Below are positions 1 to 44,052 of a stretch of DNA of 64,000 nt, one piece after another; positions within the stretch are counted from its first letter, which is position 1, and the number at the start of each line of letters is the position of its first letter. The position numbers were made by a program, and so were the translations under genes. The DNA lies in contig CBDBCZ010000013.1 in assembly GCA_965203295.1 (NCBI GenBank), positions 288,001 to 352,000 on the forward strand, written 5' to 3'. Under the pieces are notes generated by a model, which saw nothing but the letters and a program-made list of their open reading frames with translations, was not told the DNA's origin and searched no databases. Source of the stretch: Nitrospirales bacterium. GTDB lineage: Bacteria > Nitrospirota > Nitrospiria > Nitrospirales > UBA8639.

Positions 1-99
1 TTAATGATATATATAGCTTTGTGTACGTACGTATACCTGCATGCATGCATTCCGAGATTCTTCTCTATACGTACACACTCCACTCAGTGATTACAACAG

Positions 100-260
100 A
101 ACAATTCGTCAAGTTGAAGCGATTTTTTCCCAATAAATCACTTAGGGAAAATGTAGTGCATGTACGTGTACATGTACATGTAGCTACAAGCTTTGTTTCT
201 AAAATTGGAATGAGCAGATCAAATTCGCTGCCATCAAGAGCAAAATGTAACCCATTCCTG
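100..260 (-). pseudogene. Decayed 3' fragment of an IAH1-like gene (third copy)
   Basis: Minus-strand translation NGLHFALDGSEFDLLIPILETKL aligns with DGLHFTRAGSEFLARQLIPVLETKL of the 1058-1759 gene; nt 106-124 resemble the 3' end of the 2557-3270 gene. Catalytic Asp is Asn, there are indels, and the 5' part is absent. Confidence 0.75.
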
Positions 261-1057
261 AGGCCCCAAGGGAGAGGGACAAACAATCAGATTGATTGAT
301 AGATTGACAGACAGACAGACAGACAGACAGCATGCAGCAAGCTGAGACTGTTGAGCCCTAAACACATGTTTATTGGTCTCGCCTGTGCTCAGCAATCAAG
401 GATAGTTTTTTTTTTGCATGGGGTGAGAACTACATGTATGAAACACCCCTTTTTCACACGGAGACCAGTAGAGCTCTTTGTCGACATACCTGGCCTTAGA
501 CAATACTTATCAGTATGTCGGTTAAGGTATTTGGTGAGAGCAGGTAAATTCTTAGAAATGTTTATAGTTAATATGAGTGCTGCAGATAAGTTCTAGTCTC
601 ATTCCCAGACCCTCCGTCCAAACACCATAAACAATTAGTATAGTAGAATATGTTTTGTAAGGTTTGAGACGAAAGCTCAGCGCTCCAATAATATGATTAT
701 TGCAGGTATTCGGCTGCTCATACATGTACCAAATACGCATTGTAGAATTATTAATATTGGCTCCCTGAAGTAAAAAAACAGCATAGTGTAGTAGTACAGG
801 TAAAACTGCACGAGTTAACAAACTGTTCATTTATTTGGCACTCATATATTTGGCAATGATATGCAGGTCTACATACTTTATTAAAAATAATACACTTCAA
901 CAGCCCACTTCAAACACAATTTAAACTCATGTACTGCATGTACAAGGTTTGTAAAAAATATATAATAGCAGGGATATACAAATTGGCAAAAAAAATCATA
1001 AGGCTTTCAAGAACACATTGAGTAATAACAGCACGAGTCTTCACCTTACACATTGCA

Positions 1058-1759
1058 CTATACAAGTTCAAACGATTCTTCATCAGTCACACTCTCCGGA
1101 AAAACATACCGTGCGTGTATAAGACCAAGCTTTGTTTCTAAAACTGGGATGAGCTGACGTGCAAGAAATTCGCTTCCAGCACGAGTAAAATGCAAACCAT
1201 CCCAAAAGAATTGCTTGAGATTCTCCTCTTTAGACAGTCCATCATACACATCCACAGTAGTTATGCCAGTTTCTCTCCCAAGCTGTAGCACAGCCTCAGC
1301 GTACTGTTTTACAGATTCGCTAGATCGATCCACTGGTCTATTCTCCTTCCTACACACTAGCACCCACACATCATCCACAACTGGGGGAGGAGTGATGAAG
1401 ACAATGGAGGAGTTCGCAATTCCAGCTGAGTTCAGGATAGTGACAATTTCACTCAAGTTTGATTTGAAAGACGCCAGAGGTACGTGCTGATCGGGATTAG
1501 GTTCTGGAAGGACCGCGTCATTCGCTCCAAAGAAGACCGTGACTATATCAGGCTTGTCAGAAGTCAGGAGGTCGGGTAGTATTTTCTTTGCCAATTTCGT
1601 GTTGTATCCTCCGAATCCACGGTTAAAGACGTCGCCCTTCCTCTGGAAGTGATCCGCCACTCTGGCGCCCCACCCCCCCGCGGCAGGGCTGAAAGATAGC
1701 TGAGTCAGGGAGTCTCCAAAGAGAAAAATTTTCGAGTAGGTCCTTCCCCAGGTTGCCAT
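1058..1759 (-). CDS. IAH1: Isoamyl acetate-hydrolyzing esterase 1-like SGNH/GDSL hydrolase, copy A (intronless, 233 aa)
   Basis: All four SGNH blocks present: FGDSLT, NRGFGGYNT, FFGANDA, DGLHF; overall resemblance to animal IAH1. Confidence 0.9.
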   Translation of the reverse strand: MATWGRTYSKIFLFGDSLTQLSFSPAAGGWGARVADHFQRKGDVFNRGFGGYNTKLAKKILPDLLTSDKPDIVTVFFGANDAVLPEPNPDQHVPLASFKSNLSEIVTILNSAGIANSSIVFITPPPVVDDVWVLVCRKENRPVDRSSESVKQYAEAVLQLGRETGITTVDVYDGLSKEENLKQFFWDGLHFTRAGSEFLARQLIPVLETKLGLIHARYVFPESVTDEESFELV

Positions 1760-2556
1760 ACTAAAAATGTGAGCCTTCCTCTCTCGCTAATGCAAGTTGA
1801 TGCAAGCTGATGCAAGCGAAAGCACTCGGCCGAGTTAATTACTTCCGGTATTTTTCCATTATTAATCCGAGTATACACCGAGTATAGCTCCCATGCACCC
1901 ATGCAGTGACCCATTCAAATGAACCGTTGATGTTTTCTGTAGCCAACATGGGACTTAGCAACTAACGGGAGAAGCTGAAACGATACTAGTAAAGCCGCGT
2001 CGCCCGCGTACTAGTACTCACAATCACGCGGGATTTTGCGACTTGCGGGGTCCGGGCAAGGGATTTTCGGTGAGGTGGCTAGGTCTGCGATCGACCCTGG
2101 CCTGGGCCTTATATCTGAACACGTGACTTTAATCGTGGATAATATAGACACGTAAGCGCATTGAATCGTACAGAGCAACACAGATATTTTTTTCCCGCGC
2201 TTGGCGCGCGGGGTGGGCCCTACTCAACATTTACCCCCCCCCCCCCCCCCCTCCCCCCCTCCCCCCCACAACTTATAAATAAACTATCTCTGCTGTACTA
2301 GACTTTTACTAATGTAGCAAACTCTAGAGTCGACTATAGTCTTATGCTCAGTTGATGATTTGTCTTTCAGTCATGGTGGATTAAGCCATAGCTAGCCGAG
2401 CAGAACTTGACATAATTATTAACACTCAATTTGTCAATTATTTTATTCACAACATCTACATGTATTTATACAGGGCTGTCTATATGGCCAGATCTTTCCT
2501 TCAAGAACAAAGGCAATTTGTTGCTTAACGGAGTCTTCCACACTGCACACAGAGAG

Positions 2557-3270
2557 CTAGTTGTCAAGTTGAAACGATTCCTTAGGACACTCTGCATTTA
2601 CAGCTCTCCACTCTGGAAAAACAGTCTGTACGTGTACAAGCTTTGCCTCTAAAACGGGGATGACCAGATCTGCAAGAAATCGGTTTCCTTCCGGAGTAAA
2701 ATGTAACCCGTCACTTAAAAATTGCTTGAGATTCTGCTCTTTAGACAGTCCATCATACACATCCACCGTAGTTATGCCAGTTTCTCTTCCGAGTTGTAGC
2801 ACAGCCTCAGCGTACTGCTTTGCAGTCTCGTTAGATCGATCCATTGGCTTATTCTCTTTCCTACACTCTAGTGCCCACAGGTCCTCCGCAACTGGGGGAG
2901 GAGTGATGAAGACGATGGATGAATTATTGATTCCAGCTGAGTTCAGGGTAGTGACAATTTCACTCAAGTTTGATTTGAAAGACGCCAGAGGTACGTGCTG
3001 CTGGGGATTAGGCTCTGGAAGGACCGCGTCATTCGCTCCAAAGAACACCGTGACTACATCAGCTCGTTCTGACATGGAAGCCAGGAGTTCGGGTAGGATT
3101 ATCTTTGACCACTCCGTGTTATACCCTGAGAATCCACGATTGATGACGTCTGCCTTCCTCTGGAAGTGATCCGCCACCCTGGCGCCCCACCCCCCAGGGC
3201 TGAAGGACTGCTGGGTCAGGGAATCTCCAAAGAGGAGAATTTTCGAGAAGATCTTTTTCCAGGTTGCCAT
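2557..3270 (-). CDS. IAH1: Isoamyl acetate-hydrolyzing esterase 1-like SGNH/GDSL hydrolase, copy B (intronless, 237 aa)
   Basis: ILLFGDSLTQQSFSPGGWG, NRGFSGYNT, FFGANDA, FLSDGLHF and C-terminal FPEWRAV, typical of IAH1 orthologs. Confidence 0.92.
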   Translation of the reverse strand: MATWKKIFSKILLFGDSLTQQSFSPGGWGARVADHFQRKADVINRGFSGYNTEWSKIILPELLASMSERADVVTVFFGANDAVLPEPNPQQHVPLASFKSNLSEIVTTLNSAGINNSSIVFITPPPVAEDLWALECRKENKPMDRSNETAKQYAEAVLQLGRETGITTVDVYDGLSKEQNLKQFLSDGLHFTPEGNRFLADLVIPVLEAKLVHVQTVFPEWRAVNAECPKESFQLDN

Positions 3271-3739
3271 AAGGTATCCAATATGGGAGTCCCCTTGATA
3301 CGTTCTGGTCGCGCGATCTGGTTTTTACTTTATGCACTGTTTTCAGTCTTGTGACGTCCCCCCAGCCGCGAATATCGAAATAGTCTACATCCGCAGGCCC
3401 CGGGGGGCGGGGGTGGGGCGTAGATCTGGTCTCGAGACCATGCTGAGCGCTGCACGGTACGGACTCTGACTTGTCTTTCAAAAAAATTTATAGGGCAATT
3501 ATTTACGAATGGCGTTTAGGTATGTTTTCAGTCGCTGTAGCAGCTAGAATTGACGACCAACGTGTCCTGTGTGCTGGAGTAACGACTACAACTCCCCCAG
3601 TAGTTCTCTGGCAGTGCTCAGAAACTATCTGAGATCCTATTAAACACCGCCTGGCGAGAAATAGCAAGCTGTCGTTGTATTTTACCAGCCAGCTGAGAGA
3701 AGAGGCATGAGATAGTGTGACCGAGGGAGCGTTTACAAT
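3271..3739. promoter_or_regulatory. Putative bidirectional promoter between IAH1 copy B and OXR1-like exon 1
   Basis: About 470 bp between divergent ATGs; CpG-rich with GC boxes (GGGGCGGGG near 3405) and a TGACGTC motif near 3351. Confidence 0.5.
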
Positions 3740-35416
<31,677 letters not shown>

Positions 35417-37120
35417 GGTCTAGACTACCGTTAATTGCTGATCACAGCACTGCATGTATGTGTCGTGTCGTTCACCTGTTATTAATTTTACAATCATTTT
35501 TCTTTTTATGTCTGTGCACTCGCATGCAAAGAATGTGAGTGTGTCATAGACACTTTTGTGGTTGTGATTGCATCCCTATGTTTTGTTTTTTTTTGCTTCG
35601 GTGTTCATGTACAAGTACCTGGTACCGTCTTGAATTGTATTGGATACAGATATACTTTGCACTTGCAGAACTCTTAAATATTGTGTATCTACGCAAGCTA
35701 GCTTCGCCAGGCTTTTCCTACAAAATCAAAAATATAAAAAGAGCTTATACATTGTATGTGGCTAAGCTTAAAGCGCGTACATGTATGTTGACTATTACAG
35801 TATGATCCTAAAATAGCAAGACTGTCACCTGTGTAATAAACGCCTGGTAAAATCAAGTGTTGATAATGTAAGCTCATAACCACACTGCACTTTATTTGCA
35901 GCACAGATTGTATCTGCAATTACAGTTGGTTAGACCACATTGCATAATTATTAATTTGGTGTCCCTGTCAAAGATTTTTTGGACGATTATTGCTGGAAAA
36001 CCGTAGGGGGTATGAAGCTAAAAAAGCAACCCAGTGGTCTTCTCAATGAGATTTCTTCAATGGATACCTTTTTTGAAACGTACAAAGTGAATTTAATTTT
36101 CCAACTTTTTCCTTGACCCCCCTCAGGAAATACTAATGTCATTGTATAGCAATCATGATTTTTAGACACTGGTAAAATTTTCATGTGCATATAGGGGGTG
36201 CACAAGGCGAAATATCGATGTCCCCAAAATGCAATTTCATCTTTTTTTTTGTGGTTTTTGGGACATCAATACCTCGGCTTGTGTACATGTACTTACTGCT
36301 AGGGAAGCAATGCTGAAAATAGTTAATTTCCTATCATACCAAACAATGCATGATGCCTGATTATTTATATCTCACTGGTGCACAATGGGTAAGTCTCCTT
36401 CCACCACCCCATCTTCCTGAGCATACTCTCAATATTGTGTTCATACACTGTGTTGCAGACCAAACTTTGCTATTATATATTATCTATGTACTGCACGCCA
36501 AAATTTGTTACAGTAGTAGCTAAAGATAAGTCCGAATCCTAATGTGATTGACGTATTAGTGTGAGTTACATGTATGGCTCTTGTGTACCATGCTATACCA
36601 TAAACTCTGGAGTATAAGTACCCATGAACCCAGTTGCTATCCACTTCTTGAATAGTAGCACCCATGCAAATAAAAGTACCCAATGAATATAAGTACCCAT
36701 CAGACAACGGGATGCATAAACAGTGCACGTGTAACTAGTCAAGCATGAATAGTGAGGACGGTATCGGGTCCGCCTAGGTCTGCATCAGAAGGCATATTAT
36801 GGGCTGTTGGTGGGGGGCATAGAACTGCCTTGCAAGTATACACTTCAGTGCAAGGAAAGACCACCACGTGTAAGACCATTGCTATAACAATCACAGAGTA
36901 CAGTGAAGCCGAGAAACACAAAAGTGACCGTCAAAACCAAAACTACAGGTTTAATGTACATGCTGTTGTACTACCATAATATTATATTTAACCTCGTTGA
37001 AACGTACTCCATGATTATAAGTGCCCCACATAATCTGTGCCACGAAAATGCGCAATCTCCAAATAGAAGTACCTGTACTTGTACTCCAGAGTTTATAGTA
37101 TACTGGTGAGTAGAGCAGTA

Positions 37121-37450
37121 TAGGCCTCGAGCTCTGCTGGAAATTTTTGTCAGTTCTGTGGTATTACCAGTAATCACCTGTCCTCTGACTCACTGGCAGA
37201 AATCTCAATCCTCACCCACCTGATGGGGGCTCCACTTTAATTGGCCTTTTATGTATTCAAGCAACAGGGAGAGCAAACGTACACATGAGTTTGAGTCCTT
37301 GCTGTCCAGTCCAGGTCATCACCATCTTAACGGCCAAGTCGAGCCCCTCAGGAGTGGGTGAGAATCGAGATTTCTGAGTGAGAGGACAGGAAATTACTGG
37401 CAATACCATGCACAATAGTGACAAAAATCTACAGCAGAGCTCGAAGCCTA
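37121..37450. mobile_element. Foldback MITE with about 110-bp imperfect TIRs (TAGGC termini)
   Basis: taggcctcgagctctgctg... versus ...cagcagagctcgaagccta; no clear TSD. Confidence 0.7.
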
Positions 37451-37739
37451 CACGGCAATAAACAAAATATTGTTTAAAACCAGCTAGGGTTACCTCAGTT
37501 GCAGTCTACAAAACAATGTGTAAACAAGTGGACCACTTTACTTTTACTTTACTTTACCACTCTAGCTATTTTCTCCAATTTATGGAGGAAGGAAAGGCCC
37601 ATCAGGACAAACAGTAACAAATAGTAACACATTTCTTGTACCTAGCCCCGCCAAAGGAGCTGCATAATCTACCTTAGTTTTCTGAATAAATTGTTCATGC
37701 ATATTGTAAAGGTATAGAAACTGCATATTCTCTGGTACT

Positions 37740-38582
37740 GGGGCTGTAACTGAGATAGCCTTATGTGGGATAAACAACCACTCTCTTTTGCAGTCCATTG
37801 TTCAAACTACTTTCTAAGTGCCATAAAGTGGTGATTCTCATTGCGATTTGCTTAGGATAACAGCTATATGTTGACACTTACACCTACAGTGTTCGTTTTT
37901 GGGGTGCTGAATGCGCCAAAATGGCTTTAGAAATCTAGATTGCTTGCATTTAGATGGAGGTGGTTGCATCATGCAGGTGTTTTGTGTAGACTGCACCTTA
38001 CCTGGTTTAAAGCAAACCTTTGATGATTTTTGCAGGGTACTCCAGTGTGGGTTACGTGCATGGCTCTTGTGTACAGTGCTAGCTAGTGTCCATGCTGTCC
38101 AGTCCAGATCATCACCAAGTCCACCAGGCCAATAGCAAGTAACTGTAACAGCCAGTGGAGCTGTAACTGAGATAGCCTTATGTGGTTAATAAAACAACCA
38201 CTCTGTTTTGCAGTCCATTGTTCAAACTACTTTCTAAGTGCCATAAAGTGGTGATTCTCATTGCGATTTGCTTAGGATAACAGCTATATGTTGACACTTA
38301 CATCTACAGTGCTCGTTTTTGGGGTGCTGAATGCGCCAAAATGGCTTTAGAAATCTAGATTGCTTGCATTTAGATGGAGGTGGTTGCATCATGCAGGTGT
38401 TTTGTGTAGACTGCACCTTACCTGGTTTAAAGCAAACTTTTGATGATTTTTGCAGTGTACTCACCATTAGTGTGGGTTACGTGCATGGCTCTTGTGTACA
38501 GTGCTAGCTAGTGTCCATGCTGTCCAGTCCAGATCATCACCAAGTCCACCAGGCCAATAGCAAGTAACTGTAACAGCCAGTG
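37740..38582. repeat. About 420-bp tandem duplication containing a CACTG-ended repeat element
   Basis: 37742-38157 is near-identical to 38160-38583; inverted relative at about 57860-58114. Confidence 0.9.
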
Positions 38583-38878
38583 GTTTAGTACGTTGTAGAT
38601 ATATACCCCTCAAAGCCCACTCAGGTTCGAAGGGGAATGCTTTAATATAATTCTTATCACTAATCTTGTAAGCAGTTGAAAAACAATTTTACAAACTTGA
38701 CTTTACAAATGGTTTACTTGACCTACACTCAATGAAACTCTCTTACAAAATCAATCACCTAAATAAAGCCTATTGAGTCTTAGCTTCTAGAGTTGTAGCT
38801 TCAGCAAGTTCGTGCTATTAAGTCCTAGCTACTATAGAGTTATAGTTTCAGCAAATAATGTCAAGTTTATTGCTTCAG

Positions 38879-41800
38879 TTACAGCAGCAACACCGCCAGA
38901 ACCACTATGACTAACCCGATAAACGGGATTTTAGCAGCCATGAGGGCTTTTCCGGAACCAGAAAGCGGTCCTTCAGTGCAGAGTCCAGTCAATTCAACAC
39001 CGCAAGAATTCCAAAGAGTGAAGTCATCTATTGCGACATCTATATTGAGCTCACTCCCCACCTCGGTGAAATTAGCACAGCAGCCACCAGTATCTCGAAA
39101 ATCTTGCAGTGCTCTTCGGCAAGTGGTGGAACAACGCGTGGAAGGAGGCAAGCAAGCGTTCTCTGCAGCAGTTCCGTCGTCAATTACAGCTTCAAGTATC
39201 CTTCCACATGTCATCCCATTTTCATTGACTCTGCAGGTATAAACTAAGGCAGCACCTTCTGCACGACTGCCGCAACTATAAGCCAAGTCTACTAGTGGTT
39301 GGCCACATCTCTCGTTGCAAAAGCTAGCAGCAAAATCAGCATATTCATCCCAATCACCAGCTGCAATGCTATCAAAGTCGATGAATTGGGCCCTCCTTAT
39401 GCAGTCAGTAGGGTAGTCACCAAGGAGCCTCGCTACGTCATTTTGACTGCAACTAATGGAGGTAGACACATGAAGCAGGTGATTAAAATTCATTTACGTA
39501 TATGCACCAGACTATCATATAGTTTCAGTATGAAACATATCTGTAGCACTACTCAAGTATAAAGATTTAAGGAGGCTGTACCGTAGGGTGACTACCATTT
39601 GAGGTGACAAAATTTAGCGGATTGGACGTAGAGCGGATTTTGGTGTGGTTTAATTTTAGCGTTATATGAACGTGATATTACAAGTAACAATGAAGAGTTT
39701 TGTATAAGTATGCACTGTTATGCATATAATTATGCACAAAAAGGCAAAGTGGGAAGCATTTGGGCCTGATTATGTGTAGCACAGACGTAAACTTCAGTAT
39801 GCATAGCGATAGTTGTACTCGTGATGAACATTTTTTGCAAACTCAAAAATTAAGCAAATTGTTCAAATTTGCTAAATTGCACTATAATAAATAAAAGTTG
39901 CTTAAGGGAAAGTTTTATTACTGTGCCAAATGAAAGAAAAAGTACGTACATGTGTAATGTTCACTAGTTTGGTGACTATGAGGTCTTTCGTGCCCGATAC
40001 TGGCTGTTCCAAATGGTAATATTCAGAGCCAACCACAACTGCAACAGTCCACAGTCACAGCCAGAAAGCTATATAGCCTGTATGGCCAAATATAGTTTCA
40101 CTTAAGAAGCCAAGCAAGTGGTTTACTCACCACATAGCTAGTTGCAGGAATAACAAGTGGTCTTTGCTACATGGAAACTACAATCATGTACATGTTAGTG
40201 ATTATGTTTCTTGCACATGTTGCCATATAGGCTAGCTTTCCGGCTGTGCCTTCTAGTTCTAGAGGTGCATGACCCTTGAATTGCAACTGAGGTTTAACAT
40301 TTTTGGCAGTAATTGTCAGTGTGCAAGAGCCTGTGGACCTCAGATCATGAGAAGTGGTTGAGTATAAGAAACGTGGAGATTCGCACGGTGTAAAGTATCA
40401 TATGAACGGAATGGGTTGGACACCTGTTGACAAGTGAAGAAGGTGACAGTCTAATCAACAAGCTTCTGACTCAGTCATTTATTCCTGAGAATGCCACTGT
40501 GAAGTATCACGTAGAAAAGAATGGTAACCCAGGGCTCCATCATAGGACCAAGACTCTGAAAGAGGATTTGAGGATGGACTTCCATTATGCCTAGTCCTGT
40601 AGCATCCCGAACTAGTACTCACACAGATAATTGAATTTGATTTTTAAGCCTGAAATTGTATTAATGTGTATGTGTTCAGTACTCCAAGACCACACTTATG
40701 TAAGTTTTTATTGTCCATGGCTGAAAGGGACCGCTCTAGAATTATGCCTGATGGCGTGTGCATGAGAGGCCATGACAGTGAAAGACGCTCCTACCTATCT
40801 TTTAGCTGCCGTTAGTGTGGTCTGTCTCGCCTTATTGCTGCCCGAAACATTGCTTGCCTCCGTCAAAAGCCCTCGGTTGCACCGTTTCAGTCATTCTGTG
40901 CTTAACAGATGCTCGAACGGATGCCGTTTTTAATTAGAGCGTGGGCATGTAAGTCTCTTTGCGTGGGCATGTAAGTCCACCCTACGCGTACAAACGTCAC
41001 GGCATGTGATAAGTGGTACCAGGCCTTCCCCCTCGCTTTTCTCCACGGCTGCAAGATAAGAGCTGGGGGGGAAGGACTGGGAACGAGGCTATGGAGTACC
41101 TGGTATCATTTTTGTTTGGCATTTTGGCTGTTTAGCAACTGTGGTCTCCTTGTCAAACTCTTTAGAATTTCTGCCAGGGCATCATAAAAAGTGCACATGG
41201 AATAGCTAATATTTGACATGTAGCTTGTGCATTCATTATAAGACATAACATACAAACTTGAATCTTTGCTGGAAGGCTGCTAGTATATTCCATGTCAAAT
41301 AGTGCCTCCAAAGTCGGAGCTATATAACTGCATTCCTATAGCCAGTTACAATAGTTCATCAAATATACTGGTGCACAAAAAAGCCTACAGTTACTGCACA
41401 AGGGGTATATAATTCGATCAACATTATACAATACTGAAGAAACCTTTACATGATGATGATGATGTTGATGATATGATTATGATGATGAAGGTATTGAGTG
41501 GTTTACAGGAAATACAGGAGAGGCTTCATTTGATAGACCACTCCCAGCTTGTGGTCTATCAAATGAAGCATGCAGAGTGAGTTTCCAGTAAACCAGGAAA
41601 TTGCATATCTAAGTGGCTTTTACTATGCACCTCATGAATAGTTTCATTTGTGGGTTGCCTAATTAGAACATGGACAGCTGTGCCTAATTAGAGCATGAGA
41701 CAGCTGTCCATATGTTCTAATTACCAATTACAGTAGCTAGAGCATACATGTGTACAGTAGTTGGAGCATATGCTCTAACTACAGTAATTGGTAATTAGAG

Positions 41801-42268
41801 CATGGACAGCTGTCTTTGACATTTAGACTGCTACCTTTGAACCTCCATAAATAATATTATTATGGCTCAGCCAGTACAGTACATGTCAAGTATAGGCCTG
41901 TACTCAGTAATTGCGCAATTGCATGATTGCATCCCTAATCAGTTGTGATTCAAAGCTCATCGCAAATATTTTGCACATAATTATAGTTGCATGGATATGG
42001 AGTCCTAATGGTACACCCAACAATACAGGCTTGAATTTACGGCTAAGTCCTATGCGACCAATGTCTATTATGATACTCACCTTCCCACTGCTTGTCGAGC
42101 AGGTCTAACGAGTGACCTCTTGACGTTGTTGTTAGTAGCTTGAGCGATGACAGATAGCATTTCACCAGTCCGGGCAAGCTGGACCAGGGCCTGCTGTTTG
42201 CCGCATGCCGTCTGTAGAGCTGCATGGATTAGGATCACGGCTAGGGTAGCAGGGATCAGAAATTTCAT
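38879..42268 (-). CDS. Secreted, probably GPI-anchored Cys-rich protein, paralog 1 (253 aa): join(complement(42081-42268),complement(38879-39452))
   Basis: Exon 1 signal peptide MKFLIPATLAVILIHAALQTACG with GTGAGT donor (phase 2); exon 2 TAG acceptor, 14 Cys including GCC and LW..C, hydrophobic C-terminus without cytosolic tail; the paralog has the same structure. Confidence 0.85.
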
Positions 42269-43409
42269 CTTTCACGGTTGGCCAGACAACAGCTGCAGGG
42301 GATTGACTAATACTGCATGAAACAACCAGAATCAGCATGCTCGCTGCAAGAATTCAGTGGCAGATTTTTTTTTTGTTACGGGCGAATGAAAGTGAAACTG
42401 CGCCTATCATTCTTGCCTGTAGCTACATGGAATTATCAGTACAGCTGTTTGCTGCACATGTGTTTACAGTATAGTAGCTAATGATAGACCTAGCTATAGG
42501 CGTTGGTAAATTTAAGATTCACCCTTTTTTTTTTTAGTTCCAAAAATCCAGCCAATTAATCAGTCCATTGTTTTCAATTATTCTAACCTAAACATTAAAT
42601 GTGAAAAAATCGCAACTCAACCGGTGCACTTGAGACAACAGCAACGGAAATCGTCTTTTTATTTCAAAGCTTTTCTCTTAAGGTATTATGATACTCGTTC
42701 CTGGTTCGGCCGAATCATAGCTGACTCGCAGTAACTTTCACTAACACTAGATAAGTCTGACCAGTCTATCCGTTACGATAGTTGTACTGTAAAATCCAAT
42801 CTGCTTTGCTAAGTTTGTCAGTGACTAATGGTAGACTATTATTTGAATAATCAATCCATTATTCCCCGCATAATTCTCAACAAAAAAATTAATGGCACCG
42901 AGCTATTATCTATTATTTCCTGATTATTCTGGAATAATTTACCAAGCGGCTTACCTAGCTACTGCAAATCTCTAGTGTGGAGCAAGTAGGCTAGGGTTAA
43001 TTTTTAGAATTGAATAATAATATTATCCGCTTGAATACTGCAGACTGCTGAAAACATGCACTGTCTAATCGTACCTTTAAAACTCAGTACAGTACTTTTT
43101 GCCCGATGAATTCACCACTCTTGAAAGACAATATTTTGCACTATATAGTAGCTTGCACTCAGAGCTGACTCTATACAGTATCAGTTATAACACGCCTAGG
43201 AGGGATGTTCTTGATGAAAGCATGCACGAGGCCCGACGGCTGAGTGTTTATCAATCAACAGCATCCGTCTAGTCTGGGCGTGTCAGTGATTTATCTGATT
43301 TTGCTAAGCGGGACTACAGTGGTTAGGCTTGAGATAATTATGCTCCAAATCTTTGCAATTATTCTATTCTCAAATTCTTTGATTTTATTGCTATTATTCT
43401 TTCATTTTT

Positions 43410-43831
43410 ACCAGCCGGAGCGCGCGTAGCGCGCGAACGGCTGGTACTAAGATTGCTTTGCGTTTTCCGCGTGCGTTTGTTTGTTTGTTTGTTTGTGCGT
43501 CCGCACTTATCACGTGCGCAATATATTACGTCATACGTTACTATGCAACTGCAGTACAGCAGCGTTTGGAGGTTTGCAGGCCAAGCTACAGCAAATGAAG
43601 GTAGTTTTGTGTTGCCTAGATGGCGAAAACGTGGTAGATAGTCGTGAAGATCCTGGTTTCTTGGCATATAGCTACTAACTGGAGGCGCATGACGAAACTG
43701 CTGAGTCAGCACTTTCGCTGTACCGTTCTAGGAATATAGTTTCTCTGGCTCTACAGCTGTAGTTTAGTAACTTGGCTTAAGCTGAGTTGTGTGTATTGTA
43801 CGGGAAAGGCGTCCGGCTGGTTTTTAGACAT
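43410..43831 (+). mobile_element. Helentron/DINE-1-like element, copy 3 (3' tip lost)
   Basis: Reverse-complement match to copies 1 and 2; preceded by TTTTT. Confidence 0.8.
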
Positions 43832-44052
43832 ATTTGCTACTATTCTCATATTATTCTCAATTTATATCTGTTGCTATAATGTAACATAAGTGAGCATTCT
43901 AGGAAAGACAACTAGACTTGTCTACATTAATACACCAGCCACTTATTCAGACGCGATTGATACTATCATAGAGTGCTAGCTAGGCACTCAACCAAAGAAA
44001 AAACTCGACCTATTGAGCGCCCAGTCCTCATGCACTGCTGGCCGGAGGGCAG

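Noticed and set aside
1058..3270. Bacterial horizontal transfer as the cause of the intronless esterases
   Set aside because: The sequences resemble eukaryotic IAH1 (GGWG, RKxDVxNRGFSGYNT, QHVPL); a phylogeny would be needed to claim otherwise.
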